From: Zygophlyctis sp. KS116
Taxonomy: Eukaryota > Fungi > Chytridiomycota
Assembly: GCA_054661495.1 (NCBI GenBank)
Contig: BAAFSQ010000319.1
Location: forward strand, 1-10,578
Direction of reading: 5' to 3'
DNA: 10,578 bases
In this document: piece after piece, positions 7,781 through 10,578 of the stretch
Layout: each line of letters opens with the position of its first letter
Position numbering within the stretch: position 1 is the stretch's first letter
Translations under genes and position numbers: made by a program
The notes under the pieces: generated by a model
Database searches by the model: none
Told to the model about the DNA's origin: nothing
Seen by the model: only the letters and a program-made list of their open reading frames with translations

Positions 7781-10255
7781 TTACAAATCAGTGTCGCTCT
7801 CATCTTCAACACCAATCCAGCGCAATTTAGATCCATTTGCAACAACCATCCATACATCATCATCAGAGTAAGAATCAATGCATCTTTTTAATTCTGAATC
7901 ACTCAGTCCCTTACTGATAACACGCTCGCGGATATCAGCCATTCTATGGGTTTAAATTATAACTCTTACAAAATCTCCTTTCTTAAGCGGCCAGTGGCTC
8001 CAATTATAGACATGTCACGGATCAAGTCGAAAATTATAGACATGGGATCTCTAGACTTTGTTGAATCTTTGTTTAGTAAAGTGGATTTGGAAGAGTCCAT
8101 AAGTCTTAGAGCCTCATCGACATCACCTACTTCAACTTGATGAGCAAAACGTAATCTCGCCTAAATTTTAATTACAAACAAGTTACCAAGGAGGATGCCA
8201 TACGGATTATACTGAGCAAGGTTCGGGCACAAGTATACTGGAATTCTCCAATTTCATCACTGCTATTACGCAAATGCACATAGCAGTTGACCATATAGTC
8301 TCCAACCGAAGATGGTACAACAGGGTTATAAGACTTGGCCATGGCAATATAGTGTCTAAATAGATTTAAATCTATTGGATTAGGTTCGTTGGAATTATGA
8401 GGGTGCTCGAGATGCATATGTACATAAGCTACGTGTTGAGCTAATCTGGAATTCATTAAATATAAAATGGCATACCTTAAATCATCATCCATGTTTGGCC
8501 TGTCCAGCAATAGAAAGAGTAGGTCAAAACGAGACAAGAGAGCAGCTGGCAAATTGATATTATCAGTAGGCTTAGCCTTGACATTGTATCGACCATATTG
8601 CGGATTAGCGGCTGCTAAAATGCATGTTCGGGCATTTAAAGTAGTAGTTATTCCTGCCTAAAGATAAATAAGTAAAACTACCTTGCTGATTGAGATAGTC
8701 TGCTGTTCCATTACTTCGTGGATTGCAGTTCGATCCGAGTCGTCCATTTTATCAAACTCATCAATACAGGCGATTCCGTTATCAGCAAGAACCAACGCTC
8801 CTCCTTCAAGAATCATTTCATCTGTAATGGGATCCCGGGTAACCGCAGCAGTCAAACCAACGCCAGAAGAACCCCGTCCAGTTGTATACACACCCCTAGG
8901 GGCGATTTTGCTGATATACTTTAAAAGCTGAGATTTGGCTACTCCCGGATCACCCATCAGGCAGATATTCAAGTCGCCACGAATCTTCATACCATCTGCT
9001 GTTTCCTTGGTTGAACCGCCGACCAGTAGAAGAAGCAAGGCCTTTTTAACGTCGTCATGTCCGAAAATTTCTGGAGCAATAGATCTTGACAATTTTGAAT
9101 ATATTTCTCGATCAGCCGACAAATCTTCAATCTGTCTTTGGATTTCAGGAGTCATTACCAATTGACTATAAGATTTTTTCAGTTTTTCAACATGATGTAC
9201 TTGGAGATACGTATCAGTTAATAACCCTGCCCTAAGAGCTTTGAACCCAGTAAAAGGAACCGGCATATATATTCCAGATAATATAACAGAATCTCCTGGA
9301 TTCAATGAACGCGTCAAATCTTCACAGAGATGAACAGTCATTGAACGTGGGATATGACCCATTGGAACTTGATCAGCCTATCGAGTTTAATTTATAAAAC
9401 TATACAATTTCTTGAAGTTTGACTTCCTGGAATCTGATAAACTTTGATGCACGAGTTTGCATCGTCAAAACTCCCTTCGATTGATTTTTTTTACAGTCCT
9501 CACTTGGGCATAACGACAGCGGAGTCCAAACACTAGCAGTCACCTAATGATGATTAATGATTAAAGCTACCTCTTGAAAGCTTTCATGACCACATTTATC
9601 ACAAGAATATCCAATAACTGTTGCTAAAGGCTTTACATTTCCCATTCTAGTAACCATTCCACGGACTTTCACTAAATGTCCGACTGAATTCCCCTTAATT
9701 TGTCGAATAGCAAGCGCCTTCATCGAATCCCCAGGATTGAAATTGACCGAACTAAAACATCAAATGAAAAAAGTACAATCTACGGACTAGCATCTTTGGG
9801 AATTGATTTGTATCCGTCTCTTCACGCATTGCATCGCGTTGTTTCCGTTGAAAAATGACCAAGTCTAAAGGATTACAAGCATCATTTGGCTATCATAAAT
9901 TCAAATTGAATTACTCTAACTTCAGCTTCAGGCAAAGAGTCTTGAATCGCATCTTCAAACAATGATACATAACGATGCGTATTTTCCACGATATGCTTTG
10001 CCAACTCTGAGTCGTTCTCTAAATCGAACTAATGTTACCAAATTCTTACTAATTTACCTTTTCCACCTTGTCTAAATCAATCTGCACGCGAGTGCCGATA
10101 TCTTTCTTTGTAATTAACAATAATTATGCATACCAAAATATGAGAATCAGATAAGAACTCCTTGATTCTTTCTTAAAAATTATCAATGCATGCGTACCTC
10201 GTTCTTGCTCGTAGTTAACTTGAATGTAGGCGGTCGTTGTTGTCGCTGAACTCAT
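7781..10255 (-). CDS. MCM7: DNA replication licensing factor MCM7 (726 aa; 11 introns: 10172-10197, 10106-10133, 10029-10057, 9890-9914, 9752-9776, 9544-9570, 9378-9405, 8658-8681, 8446-8475, 8161-8186, 7944-7969)
   Basis: Zn finger CDKCG...[33 protein letters not shown], Walker [10 protein letters not shown], Walker B CIDEFDKM, arginine finger LLSRFD, and MCM7-typical LAQHVAYVH. The spliced length (2181 nt) is an intact frame. Confidence 0.97.
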
Positions 10256-10262
10256 TTGTGAT

Positions 10263-10276
10263 CACGAAACGCGAAA
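10263..10276. promoter_or_regulatory. Tandem SCB-like boxes CACGAAA-CGCGAAA (overlapping MCB/E2F-like ACGCGAAA) upstream of MCM7
   Basis: Two adjacent CRCGAAA matches 7 nt from the MCM7 ATG in an AT-rich background. MCM genes are typical cell-cycle (E2F/SBF/MBF-class) targets. Confidence 0.6.
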
Positions 10277-10483
10277 TTAATTGCTGCAAATCTTAATCTC
10301 CGGACTTAAACTACAAGATTCGATATGCCCTATATAAATATTTGGTATGATTTTTATTTTGATCGATTATAGAAGTAAATTGACATTAATCCGTTATCAT
10401 TATTATTTTAGGAATTCCCTTTAAATAATAACTGACGGGCCGCATTTGTCCCAAATAATTGCCGCATTGACGCAGTTTAAAAA

Positions 10484-10578
10484 ATGAAAATCTATTTAGC
10501 ATTCCTGATCCAACTATCTCTCATTAGTGCAATTCCGGACAAACGAGGATTCTTCAACGTCGGCCCTTTATCGAAGCT
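10484..10578 (+). CDS. 5' end of a secreted protein (truncated by window end)
   Basis: aaaaATG then an open frame MKIYLAFLIQLSLISA-IPDKR-GFFNVGPLSK: signal peptide followed by a dibasic KR (Kex2-type) site. Confidence 0.65.
   Translation, partial: MKIYLAFLIQLSLISAIPDKRGFFNVGPLSK

Noticed and set aside
8002-8044. 13-nt direct repeat AATTATAGACATG 30 nt apart
   Set aside because: Lies in MCM7 coding sequence (MSII twice) with the frame intact; no element or target-site duplication evident.
7946-9165. Plus-strand ORFs over MCM7
   Set aside because: Antisense shadows of conserved MCM7 exons.

Overview
AT-rich, extremely compact eukaryotic genomic DNA. It is most likely from an early-diverging (chytrid-like) fungus, an inference from gene content. 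By manual splicing I reconstruct 11 complete or near-complete genes plus the start of a 12th. In order: an Sds3-like HDAC subunit, V-ATPase subunit C (VMA5), a MORN-repeat protein, a SNAPC1-like protein, the SAC1 phosphatase, a CIA30-domain protein with a hydrophobic leader, two tandem related Cys/Thr/His-rich GPI-anchored surface proteins, snRNP SmF, a 68-aa three-exon gene missed by the ORF track (MED28-like), MCM7 (11 introns), and a truncated secreted protein. All 27 inferred introns are only 23-32 nt. Acceptors appear to be chosen by distance from a YTAA branch-like motif; this includes one apparent non-canonical GT-TG intron in SAC1 and a skipped TAG in SmF. Intergenic spacers are tiny: 5 nt between divergent ATGs, and 4- and 14-nt convergent overlaps. 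Tandem SCB-like boxes (CACGAAA-CGCGAAA) sit directly upstream of MCM7.
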